Counted from the first letter of the stretch, positions 18,587-28,472 are shown. The stretch is 64,000 nt of DNA from Myxococcota bacterium (GCA_965228475.1 OZ245817.1:1728001-1792000), one strand, 5' to 3'. Numbers and translations are program-made. Notes: generated by a model from the sequence alone, not told the origin.

Positions 18587-19192
18587 ATGATCTGCATTCG
18601 ACACAACGGAGTGGAGCGGAAGACCGCGGGGGACGGCATGGCCAGCCTCGCGGATCTCGTCCGCTGGAGCTGCGGGGAGGCCGGGCTCTGCGAGGAGATC
18701 GTGGTCGACTGCCGGGTGAACGGCATGCCCCTCGACGAAGAGCGCATGGCCGCCCTCGATGCCGTGCCGATCGATCAGCTGGCCGAGGTCGAGCTCGAGA
18801 CCCGGGCACCGCGCACCATCGCGCTGTCGAGCCTGTCGAGCTCGCGCGAGTACACCGACCGCGTGCGCGAGGCGCTCGGGCGGACCGCCGGGCTGCTCCG
18901 CGAGGGCCAGGTCGAAGCGGCCAACCAGCTCTACGCCGACGCGATCGATGCGCTCTCGGTGCTCGTCTACGCGATCAGCACCGCCGGGCAGCAGCTCGGC
19001 GAGGAAGCGTCGCCCCTCCATCACATCGAGGCGGAGGTCCAGCCCTGGCTCGGGGAGCTCGTCGACGCCCAGTCCACCCGCGATTGGGTTCGGGTGGCGG
19101 ACTACCTCGAGTACGAGATGGAGCCGATCCTCGCGGATTGGGCCCGCCGCATCGACGGCGTGCGCAGCGGCTGCGAGGCGGATCATGTCTGA
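18587..19192 (+). CDS. Hypothetical flagellar-locus protein
   Basis: ATG after GGGGGGA; helical C-terminus DWVRVADYLEYEMEPIL; first gene after a sigma54 promoter. Confidence 0.7.
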   Translation: MICIRHNGVERKTAGDGMASLADLVRWSCGEAGLCEEIVVDCRVNGMPLDEERMAALDAVPIDQLAEVELETRAPRTIALSSLSSSREYTDRVREALGRTAGLLREGQVEAANQLYADAIDALSVLVYAISTAGQQLGEEASPLHHIEAEVQPWLGELVDAQSTRDWVRVADYLEYEMEPILADWARRIDGVRSGCEADHV

Positions 19193-19724
19193 GGCGACGC
19201 CCGCGGCTTCGTCGCGCAGCCGATCCCCTTCGAACCGGCGCCGCGCGTTCCGCGTCCGGACGCATCTCCCGATCCGCATCCGGCCGCTCACTGCCGGAGA
19301 ACTCACCCGGGAGGAGCGGGACTTCGGCGCGCGCGAGGCGATGCCCGTTCCGCGCGACCCGGCCGTCGCGGTCTGGCTCCGGCGCATCGAGGCCAAGCTC
19401 GATCGACTCTGCGCGGAGGTGATCCCGGGTTCGGCCGCGGTCGAGCTGCCGCCCGGACCTGCCGAGCGGCGCGAGGTGGACCTGTCCTCCGTGGGCGTGC
19501 GGTTCGCGGGAGACGGAACGCTTCGCGAGGGCGCCGACGTGCTCGTCGAATGCCTGGTACCCGGCGACCTGCCGCGCCCGATCCGCATGCTCGCGCGCGT
19601 CGCGCGGGTCAGCGGCTCGGGTACGGAGGAGCGGGTCGCGCTCGATTTCCGCCGCATCACCGGCCCGGACCAGGACGCTCTCGTCCGCTTCACCCAGGAC
19701 GTCCAGCGGTGCGCATCGTTCTAG
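19185..19724 (+). CDS. PilZ-domain (c-di-GMP-binding) protein
   Basis: RRRAFR (RxxxR) and DLSSVG (DxSxxG) motifs. Confidence 0.8.
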   Translation: MSEATPAASSRSRSPSNRRRAFRVRTHLPIRIRPLTAGELTREERDFGAREAMPVPRDPAVAVWLRRIEAKLDRLCAEVIPGSAAVELPPGPAERREVDLSSVGVRFAGDGTLREGADVLVECLVPGDLPRPIRMLARVARVSGSGTEERVALDFRRITGPDQDALVRFTQDVQRCASF

Positions 19725-21790
19725 GCAGGGCGGCCCGGCTCGCGGTCTTCCTCGTGGCCTTCGTTGCGACGGCGGCGGGGTCCGTGCTGCAGGCTTCGGC
19801 CATGCCGTCGCCCTACCGCGTCGTGCGGATCGGTGCGCTCAAGACGCCGCCGCTCGACGCCTACGGCTTCTGCGTTCCGGGCGACGTCGACCCGGACCTG
19901 CGCCAGGTCGCCGAGACCGCGGCCAGCAGCGGCGCCGAGGCGGCGGCCTCGAGCCTCGAGGCGCTCTCGGAAACGCCGGGCTTCGACCCGGAGGGAATCA
20001 CCCTGGTGCGCGCCGGTCTGGCGGCGCGCCTCGCAACGGACGGGCGCAGCCAGCGCGAGGCCCGCGAAGGCCTGCGCCTGGCGATGGCCGCGGGCGGGCC
20101 GCCCGGCGCGATCGCCTGCGCACGGCTCGAATCCGCCCGCCTCGAGATCCACTCCGCGCGCTATCCGGAAGGCGCGGCCCAGGCCGCCCTGGCCCTCGCC
20201 ATGCGGAGTCAGATCGCGGATCCGGTCCCGATCGGCGACGCCGCCTCGTTCTACCGCGCCGAAGCGCTCTACCTGGCAGGCCACCTCGACCGGGCCGCCG
20301 AGCAGTACCGCCGCCTGGCCGCCACGCCGCGCGTCCGGACGGCCGCCGCCGCACGCCTGCGTCTCGCCGACGTCCGCTTCGACGGCGGGGACACCCTCGG
20401 CGCGCGCGGGGACTACGAGGCGTTGCTCGCGAAGGCCGAGGTCTTCGGTGCGAGCGTCGACGGCTGGGCGCTGCGGGCGGCCGAGACCGCCTTCACCGCC
20501 GAAGACGTCGCGGCCGCCGCGAACTGGCTCCAGCGGTTCCTGTTGGCCGACGTGGATCGGGACGTCCGGGGCCTCGCGGAAATCCGCCTGGCCGACGCCT
20601 ACGCCGCCGGCGGCGACGCCAAGGCGAGCCGTGAGGCGCTCGAGCGCGTGATCGAGGCCCACGGGGAGAACGCGATCGGCCTGCTGGCCGAGGTGCGCGG
20701 CTTCGATCTCGGCGTGACGAACGTGCCGTCCGAGCAGCAGGCCGAGCGGCTCGCCGTCGCGGGTCGGCATCCCACCCTCGGTCTCTCCCTCTACGCGCGC
20801 GCCGCGCTCGGGCGGCTCCTGCGCGATCGCCACGAGATCGACGCCGCCCTCGAGGTGCTGACGGCCCTCAGCTACGAGTCGCCGCCGCTCGAACTGGCGC
20901 CGACGCTCAGCGAGGACATCGATGCCGTGATGGCGCTGGCCGCCTCGACGGTCCGGGGCGAAGACGGCTGCATGGCCTTCGTCGAGCGCGCCGGGGCGCA
21001 CAGCGCATCGCTCTCGCGAAGTGCCGGGAACCCGGAGCCGTTCCAGACGCTCGCCTCGTGCTACGAGCACCTCCGGCTCCCGTCGCTGGCCCTGAAGGTG
21101 CATCGGGAGCTCATCCGCGCCTTCGGCTCGGAGCTCGGTGAGGAGGCCGCACTTCCCGTCGCCCGCGCGGCCTTCGCCACCGGCGACGTGAGCCTCGCGC
21201 GGACCGCGGCCGTCGCCGGCGTACGGCGCGGCGGCGAACGCCGGGATGCCTGGGCACTCCTGCTCGGCGAAGCCGAGCGCGTCGAAGGGCGCCTCGATGC
21301 GGCGGCCGAACAGCTCCTGCCGCTCGTCGAGGCGGGCAAGCCCGAGGCCGACCCGGTGGCCGCGATCCTCGCCTTGGCGCGCACGGCCGTGAAGCGCAAA
21401 GCCGCGGACGACGGACGGACCCCGCTCTCGGCAGCACTCGACCGGCTCGATGCGGCGCAGCGGCTGGCCGGCGGCGAGCGGCTCGGTGAGGCCGCCAAGC
21501 TCACCGCCGAACTCTTCCGCAAGCGCGGCGAGGCTGGACGCGCCGCCGAGCTCTACCAGCTGGCCCTCGACCGCCTCGCCGACGGCGTGCAGCGCGCCGA
21601 ATCCGCCTATTGGCTCGGCGCGCTCACCGAGGACGAAGCGGTGCGGACCGATGCCTGGCGCATCGCGGCGGAGATGAAGGAAGGCGGATCCTGGAGCCGG
21701 CTCGCGCGCAGCGAGGAGGCGCTCCGTCCGCTCCGGCAGAAGGTCGGCGGGGGCGAAGGGCCGCCCGCCAGCGCGGAGGGGGGACGATGA
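19709..21790 (+). CDS. Tetratricopeptide-repeat protein with N-terminal signal/TM segment
   Basis: Hydrophobic N-terminus; repeated TPR-like helices (FYRAEALYLAG, LRLADVRF, IRLADAY, AYWLG); start inferred. Confidence 0.7.
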   Translation: MRIVLGRAARLAVFLVAFVATAAGSVLQASAMPSPYRVVRIGALKTPPLDAYGFCVPGDVDPDLRQVAETAASSGAEAAASSLEALSETPGFDPEGITLVRAGLAARLATDGRSQREAREGLRLAMAAGGPPGAIACARLESARLEIHSARYPEGAAQAALALAMRSQIADPVPIGDAASFYRAEALYLAGHLDRAAEQYRRLAATPRVRTAAAARLRLADVRFDGGDTLGARGDYEALLAKAEVFGASVDGWALRAAETAFTAEDVAAAANWLQRFLLADVDRDVRGLAEIRLADAYAAGGDAKASREALERVIEAHGENAIGLLAEVRGFDLGVTNVPSEQQAERLAVAGRHPTLGLSLYARAALGRLLRDRHEIDAALEVLTALSYESPPLELAPTLSEDIDAVMALAASTVRGEDGCMAFVERAGAHSASLSRSAGNPEPFQTLASCYEHLRLPSLALKVHRELIRAFGSELGEEAALPVARAAFATGDVSLARTAAVAGVRRGGERRDAWALLLGEAERVEGRLDAAAEQLLPLVEAGKPEADPVAAILALARTAVKRKAADDGRTPLSAALDRLDAAQRLAGGERLGEAAKLTAELFRKRGEAGRAAELYQLALDRLADGVQRAESAYWLGALTEDEAVRTDAWRIAAEMKEGGSWSRLARSEEALRPLRQKVGGGEGPPASAEGGR

Positions 21791-22461
21791 CCGCTTCGCG
21801 TGGAAGTCGCCCCGAACACGCCGGCGCCGAGCCGCCGGAGCGCAGCGTCGTGGCGGCCGCCCGCGTGGTCGGTCTGCGCACACCGCTCTCGAGGATCCGC
21901 CTCGTGGCCGATCGGCTCCGCGACCCGGCCGGCGCCGGTCTCGCGCAGCAAGCTTCGAGCCTCGACGACGCCGTCGACGCGGTCGATCGTGGGATCCAGG
22001 AGATCCTGGCCGTCCTGGTGCCGCCTCGGGCCCTGGGGCGCTCGGTCGAGGTCGGCGATTTCCTCGCGACGCTTCGCGGCCGGACGGCGCCCTCGCTCCG
22101 TGCGCGCGGCATCGAGTGGTTGGAAGAAGGCGGCGAAGCGCCGGGCATCGAAGCTCCCGCGAGCCTGATCCACGAAGCCGCCGTGGCCCTCGTCCGCGAT
22201 GCGGCGGCGGCGGGGGACGCGGGATCGCAGTTCCGCCTGCGCGGGGTGACCGCCGGACCCGAATCCTGGGGGCTCGAACTCAGCGTCGAACCGCCGCTCG
22301 CCTGCGCGGAAGAGGAGCCCTTCGACGTCACCGCCGAGTGGGCCCTCCGCCAGGGCGCGACCCTCGAAGTGCACGCCGCCGGCGCCACCGTCTGGCTCGG
22401 GGGGGCCGAACCGAATCCCGCGTTCCGCGGCGGAGGGGAGGGCGCATGCCCCGCCTCCTGA
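21787..22461 (+). CDS. Degenerate histidine-kinase-like protein (FleS/FlrB position)
   Basis: VVGLRTPL resembles the H-box HELRTPL without His; eroded N and G boxes; overlaps both neighbours. Confidence 0.6.
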   Translation: MTASRGSRPEHAGAEPPERSVVAAARVVGLRTPLSRIRLVADRLRDPAGAGLAQQASSLDDAVDAVDRGIQEILAVLVPPRALGRSVEVGDFLATLRGRTAPSLRARGIEWLEEGGEAPGIEAPASLIHEAAVALVRDAAAAGDAGSQFRLRGVTAGPESWGLELSVEPPLACAEEEPFDVTAEWALRQGATLEVHAAGATVWLGGAEPNPAFRGGGEGACPAS

Positions 22462-23723
22462 TCCTCGAACGGGACGAGCGGCTGCGGGCAGAGTTCCGAC
22501 GGGTCGCCGGCGAGTGCGGTTGGGAGGCCGCCGAGCTGCCCGCGCGCGCCGCGGAGGCCCTGGAGCCGAGCGACCTCCCGGCGTTCGACGTCGCCCTCGT
22601 CACCGTCGAGGACCATCGGGATCTCGAGACGATCGACGTCCTGCGGCGGGAAGCGCCGTCCTCCTCGGTCCTGGCGGCCGGCGCTTCGCCGGGGCTCGAC
22701 GTGGCGATCGCGGCGATGAAGCGCGGCGCGCGCGACTTCCTGCGCAAGCCCTTCGGTGCCGGCCGGCTCGCGTCGGCCCTGGCCGCGGCGCTGCCCGAGC
22801 GGCCCCGCGCCGACGCCGAGCCCCTGCTGACGCGAGATCCGGGCATGGAGCGCGTCCTCCGCCAGATCGACGCCGCCGCGGCGACCGAAGCCACGGTGCA
22901 GATCGTCGGGGAAAGCGGGACCGGCAAGGATCTCCTGGCCCGGCGACTCCACCGGCGCAGCGCCCGGCGCGAGGCCCCCTTCGTCGTGGTGAACTGTGCG
23001 GCGCTCCCGAGCACCCTCGCCGAGAGCGAGCTGTTCGGCCACGAAGCCGGCGCCTTCACGGGCGCTCGGGAGGCTCGCCTGGGCCAGTTCACGAGCGCCG
23101 ACGGCGGAACCGTCCTGCTCGACGAAGTGAGCGAGCTCTCCCTGGAACTCCAGCCGAAGCTCCTGCGCGTGCTCCAGGAGAGAGAGGTGCAGCCCGTCGG
23201 CGCGCTCAGTCCGAAGCCCGTCGACGTGCGGGTCGTGGCGACGAGTCAGCGCCCCCTCGCCGCGGAGTCCGCCGCGGGCCGCTTCCGCGAGGATCTCCAC
23301 TACCGCCTCGACGTGATCGTGCTCCAGGTGCCGGCCCTGCGGGAGCGCCCCGAAGACATCCTCTTCCTGGCGGAGCACTTCCTCGAGCGCTTCGCCGAGG
23401 CCAACCGCTGCGCCGCGCCGCGCCTGACGGACGCCGCACGCCGCGCCCTGCGCCGCCACCCCTTCCGCGGGAACGTGCGCGAGCTCGAGAACCGGATGCG
23501 GCGGGCCGTCGTGCTCCATCCCGGCGCCGCGCTCGCGCCCGAGCAGGTCCTCCCCGAAGCGGAGGTCGAGAAGCCGAGCGGCTTCAACCTCCGGGAGGTC
23601 GAACGTCAGGTGATCGCCCGATCCCTCGCCGAGACCGGCGGCAACCGGACGCGCGCTTCGCAGCTCCTCGGCATCAGCGTCCGAACCCTTCGCAACAAGC
23701 TGAAGCTCTACGAGCTCGCCTAG
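22446..23723 (+). CDS. sigma54-dependent flagellar activator (FleR/FlrC-like) with atypical receiver domain
   Basis: GESGTGKD, ELFGHEAGAFTGA, LLDEV, LQPKLLRVLQE, FREDLHYRL, GNVRELEN, Fis-type HTH LGISVRTLRNKL. Confidence 0.93.
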   Translation: MPRLLILERDERLRAEFRRVAGECGWEAAELPARAAEALEPSDLPAFDVALVTVEDHRDLETIDVLRREAPSSSVLAAGASPGLDVAIAAMKRGARDFLRKPFGAGRLASALAAALPERPRADAEPLLTRDPGMERVLRQIDAAAATEATVQIVGESGTGKDLLARRLHRRSARREAPFVVVNCAALPSTLAESELFGHEAGAFTGAREARLGQFTSADGGTVLLDEVSELSLELQPKLLRVLQEREVQPVGALSPKPVDVRVVATSQRPLAAESAAGRFREDLHYRLDVIVLQVPALRERPEDILFLAEHFLERFAEANRCAAPRLTDAARRALRRHPFRGNVRELENRMRRAVVLHPGAALAPEQVLPEAEVEKPSGFNLREVERQVIARSLAETGGNRTRASQLLGISVRTLRNKLKLYELA

Positions 23724-23825
23724 GACGCACGAAGGCGACCCGGCAGATCTTTCCCATGCCCCGTTTCAAGCTGAAGCATCGACCCCCCAGGCGTTCCGGA
23801 ACGGGCGCCAGAGGCCGCAACCGGC

Positions 23826-23841
23826 TGGCACGTCCCTTGCT
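23826..23841 (+). promoter_or_regulatory. sigma54 promoter for the flgB operon
   Basis: TGGCAC-GTCCC-TTGCT, exact consensus, 37 bp before the flgB ATG. Confidence 0.88.
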
Positions 23842-23878
23842 CTTGAGAAGCACGGGCGCTCCCCTGCCCGGAGGAACG

Positions 23879-24262
23879 ATGAAGATCTACACCGACGCCT
23901 TGCGCGAGCTCGAATCCGCTCTCCGGTTCCGGACGGCGCGGCAGGGTGTGCTCGCCGGCAACATCGCCAACGTCGATACGCCTCGCTATCGCGCGCGCGA
24001 CATCTCCTTCGAGACGATCCTCGGCCACCAGCAGCTGCAGATGACGGGGACCGACGGCCGGCATCTCGCCGCCGGCGCGGCCCACGATCCGACGCCGCGC
24101 CTCGTCCTCGGCCCGAAGGGTGATGGCCCGGACGGCAACGGCGTCTCTCTCGACGACGAACTGATTCGCATGTCCCGCAACGCCGGGGCGTACCAGGACC
24201 AGGCGGACATCCTCTCCCGGATGCTCGGCCTCATGCGCTCCGCCATCGCGGGGGAGGGCTAG
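23879..24262 (+). CDS. flgB: Flagellar proximal rod protein
   Basis: RQGVLAGNIANVDTPRYRARDISF, DGNGVSLDDE; GGAGG RBS. Confidence 0.95.
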   Translation: MKIYTDALRELESALRFRTARQGVLAGNIANVDTPRYRARDISFETILGHQQLQMTGTDGRHLAAGAAHDPTPRLVLGPKGDGPDGNGVSLDDELIRMSRNAGAYQDQADILSRMLGLMRSAIAGEG

Positions 24263-24315
24263 TCCCGTGGAGTTCCGTGCCATGAACCTCGAAACCGCAG
24301 GAAGGGCCTAGCGCC

Positions 24316-24741
24316 ATGGACCTCGGAACCATCAGCGACATCGCCATCTCGGGCCTCCGGGCCCAGCGGGCCCGGATCGCCACCGGCGCCTCGAACATCG
24401 CCAACGCGGAGACCACGCGGACCGCCGAGGGGGGTCCCTACCAGCGGCGCGACCCGGTCTTCCAGACCGAGCGCGTGGGCGGCGCCTTCTCGGATCAGCT
24501 CGAACGCTCGCTCCGGGGGGTGGACGTGCCGCGCATCGTCGCCTCCCAGGGCGAGCCGATCGAACGCTTCCTGCCCGGTCACCCCGACGCCAACGAGGAA
24601 GGCATGGTCGCCTTCCCGGCCGTCAACGTGATCGAAGAGATGACGCGCGTGACGAGCGCCCAGCGAAGCTACGAAGCGAACCTCGCCGTGATGCGCAAAG
24701 TGCGCGCCATGGGTGACGCGACGATGCGGATCGGCCGCTAG
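24316..24741 (+). CDS. flgC: Flagellar proximal rod protein
   Basis: SGLRAQR, NIANAETTRT, GGPYQRR, PGHPDA, RSYEAN. Confidence 0.96.
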   Translation: MDLGTISDIAISGLRAQRARIATGASNIANAETTRTAEGGPYQRRDPVFQTERVGGAFSDQLERSLRGVDVPRIVASQGEPIERFLPGHPDANEEGMVAFPAVNVIEEMTRVTSAQRSYEANLAVMRKVRAMGDATMRIGR

Positions 24742-24743
24742 CC

Positions 24744-25049
24744 ATGGCGGACGGAGTCTCGGACGTGCGCATCACGACGCCCCAGATGATCGCGATGCCC
24801 AAGAGCCTCGAGGCCGCGGCCCAGGGTGACGAGGGCGGCTTCGCGAAGGTGCTCGGCGAGATGATCGGGCAGGCGGACAGCCTGCAGAAGAACGCCGAGA
24901 CGGAAGCTCGCGAGCTGGCGGCGGGGCGGGGCGACTCGCTCGCCGCCGTCACCGCAATCAGTCAGGCCGACCTCTCCCTGCGCTTCCTGATGGGGCTGCG
25001 CAATCGGGCCCTGGAAGCCTTCAACGAAATCATCCGGATGCCAATCTAA
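24744..25049 (+). CDS. fliE: Hook-basal body protein
   Basis: FAKVL...ADLSL...RNRALEAFNEIIRMPI. Confidence 0.93.
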   Translation: MADGVSDVRITTPQMIAMPKSLEAAAQGDEGGFAKVLGEMIGQADSLQKNAETEARELAAGRGDSLAAVTAISQADLSLRFLMGLRNRALEAFNEIIRMPI

Positions 25050-26654
25050 ATGCCTGATTCCATGACGCAATTGTTGGCCCAGCTGCAGGGCATGTCGCCT
25101 GGGCGCCGGCTCATGCTGGCGGCCACGACGGTCGGCTCCCTGGCCTTCTTCGCCTGGCTCGCGCTCGGGACCACCCGCGCCGACCACTCGGTGCTCTACT
25201 CCGGCCTGGCCGAGGAAGAGGCCGCGCGTATCGTCGAGGTGCTCCAGAACGAGCGGGTCGAGTACCGCCTCGAAGCCGGCGGGAGCCGCATCACCGTTCC
25301 GGCGACCCAGGTGCCGGAGGCGCGCATGCGCATCGCCGCGAAGGGGCTCCCGAGCGGCGGCGGCTCGGGCTTCGAGCTCTTCGACGAGCAGGGCTTCGGC
25401 GTGACGGACTTCGTGCAGCGCGTGAACTATCGCCGCGCGCTCCAGGGCGAACTCCAGCGCAGCATCACGCAGATCGACGCGGTCTCGCGGGCGCGCGTGC
25501 AGATCGCCATGCCCGACCGCACGACCTTCGTTTCCGACCGCAAGCGGCGCTCGAGCGCCTCGGTGGTGGTGGAGCTCGAACCGGGCGCCCAGCTCGGGCA
25601 GGGCGAAGTGCAGGCGATCGTCCACCTGATGGCTTCGAGCGTCGAACGTCTCGATCCGGCCCACGTGACCGTGGTCGACCACCGCGGCCGCATGCTCGCA
25701 CCGACCGGCGAGGGAACGCCCGGGCCGAACGCGCCGAGCGGCGCCAACGCGCACCAGGCTTCCGTCGAGCGGGATCTCTCGGAGCGCGTGGAGACCCTGC
25801 TCGCCCGGACCGTCGGGCCGGGCCGGGTGATCGCGCGGGTTCGTGCCGAGCTCGACTGGACCCAGTCCGAGACCACGGAAGAGCGCTACGACCCGGAGGG
25901 GCAGGTCGCGCGAAGCGAGCAGCTCACGAAGGAGGAGAACAGCGACGGCGAGACCGGCGGCATCCCCGGTCTGCCCGCCGGCGACTTCAGCACGCCGGGC
26001 AACAGCTCGACGCGCACCGCCGAGACGATCAACTACGAGATCAGCAAGAGCGTGAGCCGGGTCGTGCGCCCCGTCGGGAGCGTGAAGCGCCTCCACGTCG
26101 CCGTCCTGATCGACGGCAAGCCCGTACCCGCCGCTCCCGCCGAAGGCACCGAGGGGGAAGGCGAGGGCGCGCCGGTCTTCACGCCCTGGGAGGCCGCGGA
26201 GCTCGAGCAGTTCGAACAGCTCGCGCGCCAGGCCGTGGGCTTCGACGAAGAACGCGGCGACGTGATCACCCTGACGAGCGCGCCCTTCCGCACCTTCGAT
26301 CTCGAAGAGGACGCGGGCGGCCCGATCTCGCCGGATCTCCTGCCGCTGGTCGGCATGGGGATCCGCTACCTGGGCCTGCTCGTCGCCCTGGTGCTCTTCG
26401 CGAAGCTCGTGATCTCGCCGCTGCTGAACGCCGCGGGGGAAACGAGCGCCGCACCGGTGAACCTGACCGTCGGCGACCTCGAGGCCCAGCTGGTCGGCGC
26501 CGCGGCCGGCGGAACCGCGGCCGGCGCACAGGCCGGGCCCGCCCTCGAAGGTCCGGTCGCCACGCCGAGCCTCGCAGAACAGGTGAGCGACGTGGCGCGG
26601 ACGCGGCGCGACGAGAGCGTCAAGGCCATCCAGAACTGGATCTCCGAGGGATGA
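25050..26654 (+). CDS. fliF: Flagellar MS-ring protein
   Basis: LYSGL, GFELFD, FGVTDF, RALQGEL, NYEISK, RGDVI; two TM segments. Confidence 0.96.
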   Translation: MPDSMTQLLAQLQGMSPGRRLMLAATTVGSLAFFAWLALGTTRADHSVLYSGLAEEEAARIVEVLQNERVEYRLEAGGSRITVPATQVPEARMRIAAKGLPSGGGSGFELFDEQGFGVTDFVQRVNYRRALQGELQRSITQIDAVSRARVQIAMPDRTTFVSDRKRRSSASVVVELEPGAQLGQGEVQAIVHLMASSVERLDPAHVTVVDHRGRMLAPTGEGTPGPNAPSGANAHQASVERDLSERVETLLARTVGPGRVIARVRAELDWTQSETTEERYDPEGQVARSEQLTKEENSDGETGGIPGLPAGDFSTPGNSSTRTAETINYEISKSVSRVVRPVGSVKRLHVAVLIDGKPVPAAPAEGTEGEGEGAPVFTPWEAAELEQFEQLARQAVGFDEERGDVITLTSAPFRTFDLEEDAGGPISPDLLPLVGMGIRYLGLLVALVLFAKLVISPLLNAAGETSAAPVNLTVGDLEAQLVGAAAGGTAAGAQAGPALEGPVATPSLAEQVSDVARTRRDESVKAIQNWISEG

Positions 26655-26692
26655 AACTGATGCGCGGCGCGCGCCGGGAAGAGGAGTAGCGG

Positions 26693-27694
26693 GTGCAGTT
26701 CGAAGCCCTGAGCGGGCCCGAGAAGAGTGCCGTCCTGATGCTGTCGCTCCCAGAGGAGACGGTGGAGGCGTTCCTCGCCCAGCTCTCGGATGCCGAGGTC
26801 GAGCGCGTGATGGCCGCCGTCTCGCGCATGGAGGAGGTCCCGGCGAACGTGCAGGAGACCGTCCTGCGCGAGTTCCACCAGGCCCTCGGTTCGAGCGAGA
26901 ACCGGGTGCTCGGCGGCCGGAGCCGCGCCATGGCGCTGATCCACGCCTCCCTCGAAGAAGGGCGCTCGAAGAAGATCCTCGAGAAGCTCGGCCGCGACGA
27001 GAAGCGGATCGACTGGACGCTGCGGGCCTTCGAGCCGCCCTACATCGCCGAGGTGCTCTCGGGCGAGCACCCGCAGACGATCGCCTTCGTACTCTCCCAG
27101 CTCCCCGCGGACCGCGGCGGAGCGGTGATCGCGGCCCTGCCCGAAGACATGCGGCCCGACGTCGTGATCCGCCTCGCGGAGCTCGAGGCCGTCAGCAACG
27201 AGGTGATCACGCTGATCGAGGAAGGCGTGGCGGAACTCTTCGGGCGTCCGATGGGCGCGCCGACGAAGGTCGGCGGCCACGATGCCGCGGCGCGTCTGCT
27301 GAACCAGGTCCCGAAGAGCGACGGCAGCGCGATCCTCGAGAGCGTGGATGGCCGCGATCCGAACATCGCGAGCGAGCTGCGCAAGCGCATGCTGACCTTC
27401 AACGACCTCGCGACCGTCGACAACCGCGGCTTCCAGAGCCTGCTGCGCGAGGTCTCGACCGAGGACCTGGTGATCGCCCTGAAGACGTCCTCCGAGGAGA
27501 TGAAGGAGAAGGTCTTCTCGAACGTGTCCTCGCGCGCGGCGGAGCAGATCAAGGAGGAGGCCGAGCTCCTCCCGCCCATGAAGCTCTCGGAAGTCGAGCA
27601 GGTCCAGATGCAGATCGTGGACGCGGCTCGGCGGCTCGAGGAAGAGGGCAAGCTGAACATCGATGCGGGAGGCGGTGAGGATGTCCTCGTCTAG
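26693..27694 (+). CDS. fliG: Flagellar motor switch protein
   Basis: LSGPEKSAVLM, EHPQTIA, MLTFNDL, NVSSRAA, LSEVE. Confidence 0.96.
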   Translation: MQFEALSGPEKSAVLMLSLPEETVEAFLAQLSDAEVERVMAAVSRMEEVPANVQETVLREFHQALGSSENRVLGGRSRAMALIHASLEEGRSKKILEKLGRDEKRIDWTLRAFEPPYIAEVLSGEHPQTIAFVLSQLPADRGGAVIAALPEDMRPDVVIRLAELEAVSNEVITLIEEGVAELFGRPMGAPTKVGGHDAAARLLNQVPKSDGSAILESVDGRDPNIASELRKRMLTFNDLATVDNRGFQSLLREVSTEDLVIALKTSSEEMKEKVFSNVSSRAAEQIKEEAELLPPMKLSEVEQVQMQIVDAARRLEEEGKLNIDAGGGEDVLV

Positions 27695-28472
27695 CGCCTT
27701 CGTGCCCACGCCGCTGGTCGCCGAACGGACGTTCCGTCCGCTGGCGGAGGCGGGGTTCGAGGCGGAGCCCGCGCCGAGCGCAGCGGCCGCCGGCCCCGCC
27801 GAGGAATCGTCTCCGACCGATGCGCCGATCGCGAGCCCCGAGGACTCGCCCGAGTACCAGCGAGGCCTCGAGGCGGGTCTCGCCCAGGGCCGTGAGGAAG
27901 GGGCGGAAGCCGCGCGCGCCGAGTTCCCGGCGGCGGAGGTCGAGCTGCTGCGGAGTGCCGGTCAGAGCCTCGAGGAGGCCGCGCGCGGGATGGGCGCTCT
28001 CGAGCGGGGCTACTGGGTCGAGAACCGCAAGATCGTCGTCGAACTCGCCCTGGCCCTGGCGCACCGGCTGCTCGGCCGCGAACTGGCTGCCGACCCGGAT
28101 GCGTTGGCCGGAATCGTCGAGCGGGCCCTCGAGGCGCTCGGGGACCGGCCACCCGTGACCCTGCGCGTGGCACCGGCGGTGGCCGAGGCCCTGGCCGACG
28201 GGCGCACCGCGAACCTCGCCGCGCTGGCCGAGGCGCACGGGTTCGTCGTCGAATCCGATGCACGCCTCGCGCCCGGGGACGCCCGCGTACTGGCCGAACG
28301 AACCGCCGTCGACGCGCGCGTGGCCGAGAGCCTGCGCCGCATCGGCGAAGAGCTTTCCGAAGCCGCGGAACAGGCTGCCATTCCGAGCCCGGGGAGCGAT
28401 CGAGACGCTGCTTCCGCAGGCGAAGACGGCACGGCACCCGAAGGTGGGCCGGACGAAGGGGGCCGCTCGTGA
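27681..28472 (+). CDS. fliH: Flagellar export protein
   Basis: GxxxG repeats YQRGLEAGLAQGREEG; position between fliG and fliI. Confidence 0.85.
   Translation: MSSSSAFVPTPLVAERTFRPLAEAGFEAEPAPSAAAAGPAEESSPTDAPIASPEDSPEYQRGLEAGLAQGREEGAEAARAEFPAAEVELLRSAGQSLEEAARGMGALERGYWVENRKIVVELALALAHRLLGRELAADPDALAGIVERALEALGDRPPVTLRVAPAVAEALADGRTANLAALAEAHGFVVESDARLAPGDARVLAERTAVDARVAESLRRIGEELSEAAEQAAIPSPGSDRDAASAGEDGTAPEGGPDEGGRS

Noticed and set aside
21787..22461. Kinase-like ORF as a simple pseudogene
   Set aside because: No frameshift or internal stop, overlaps with both neighbours are kept, and the partner receiver is degenerate too; kept as a finding instead
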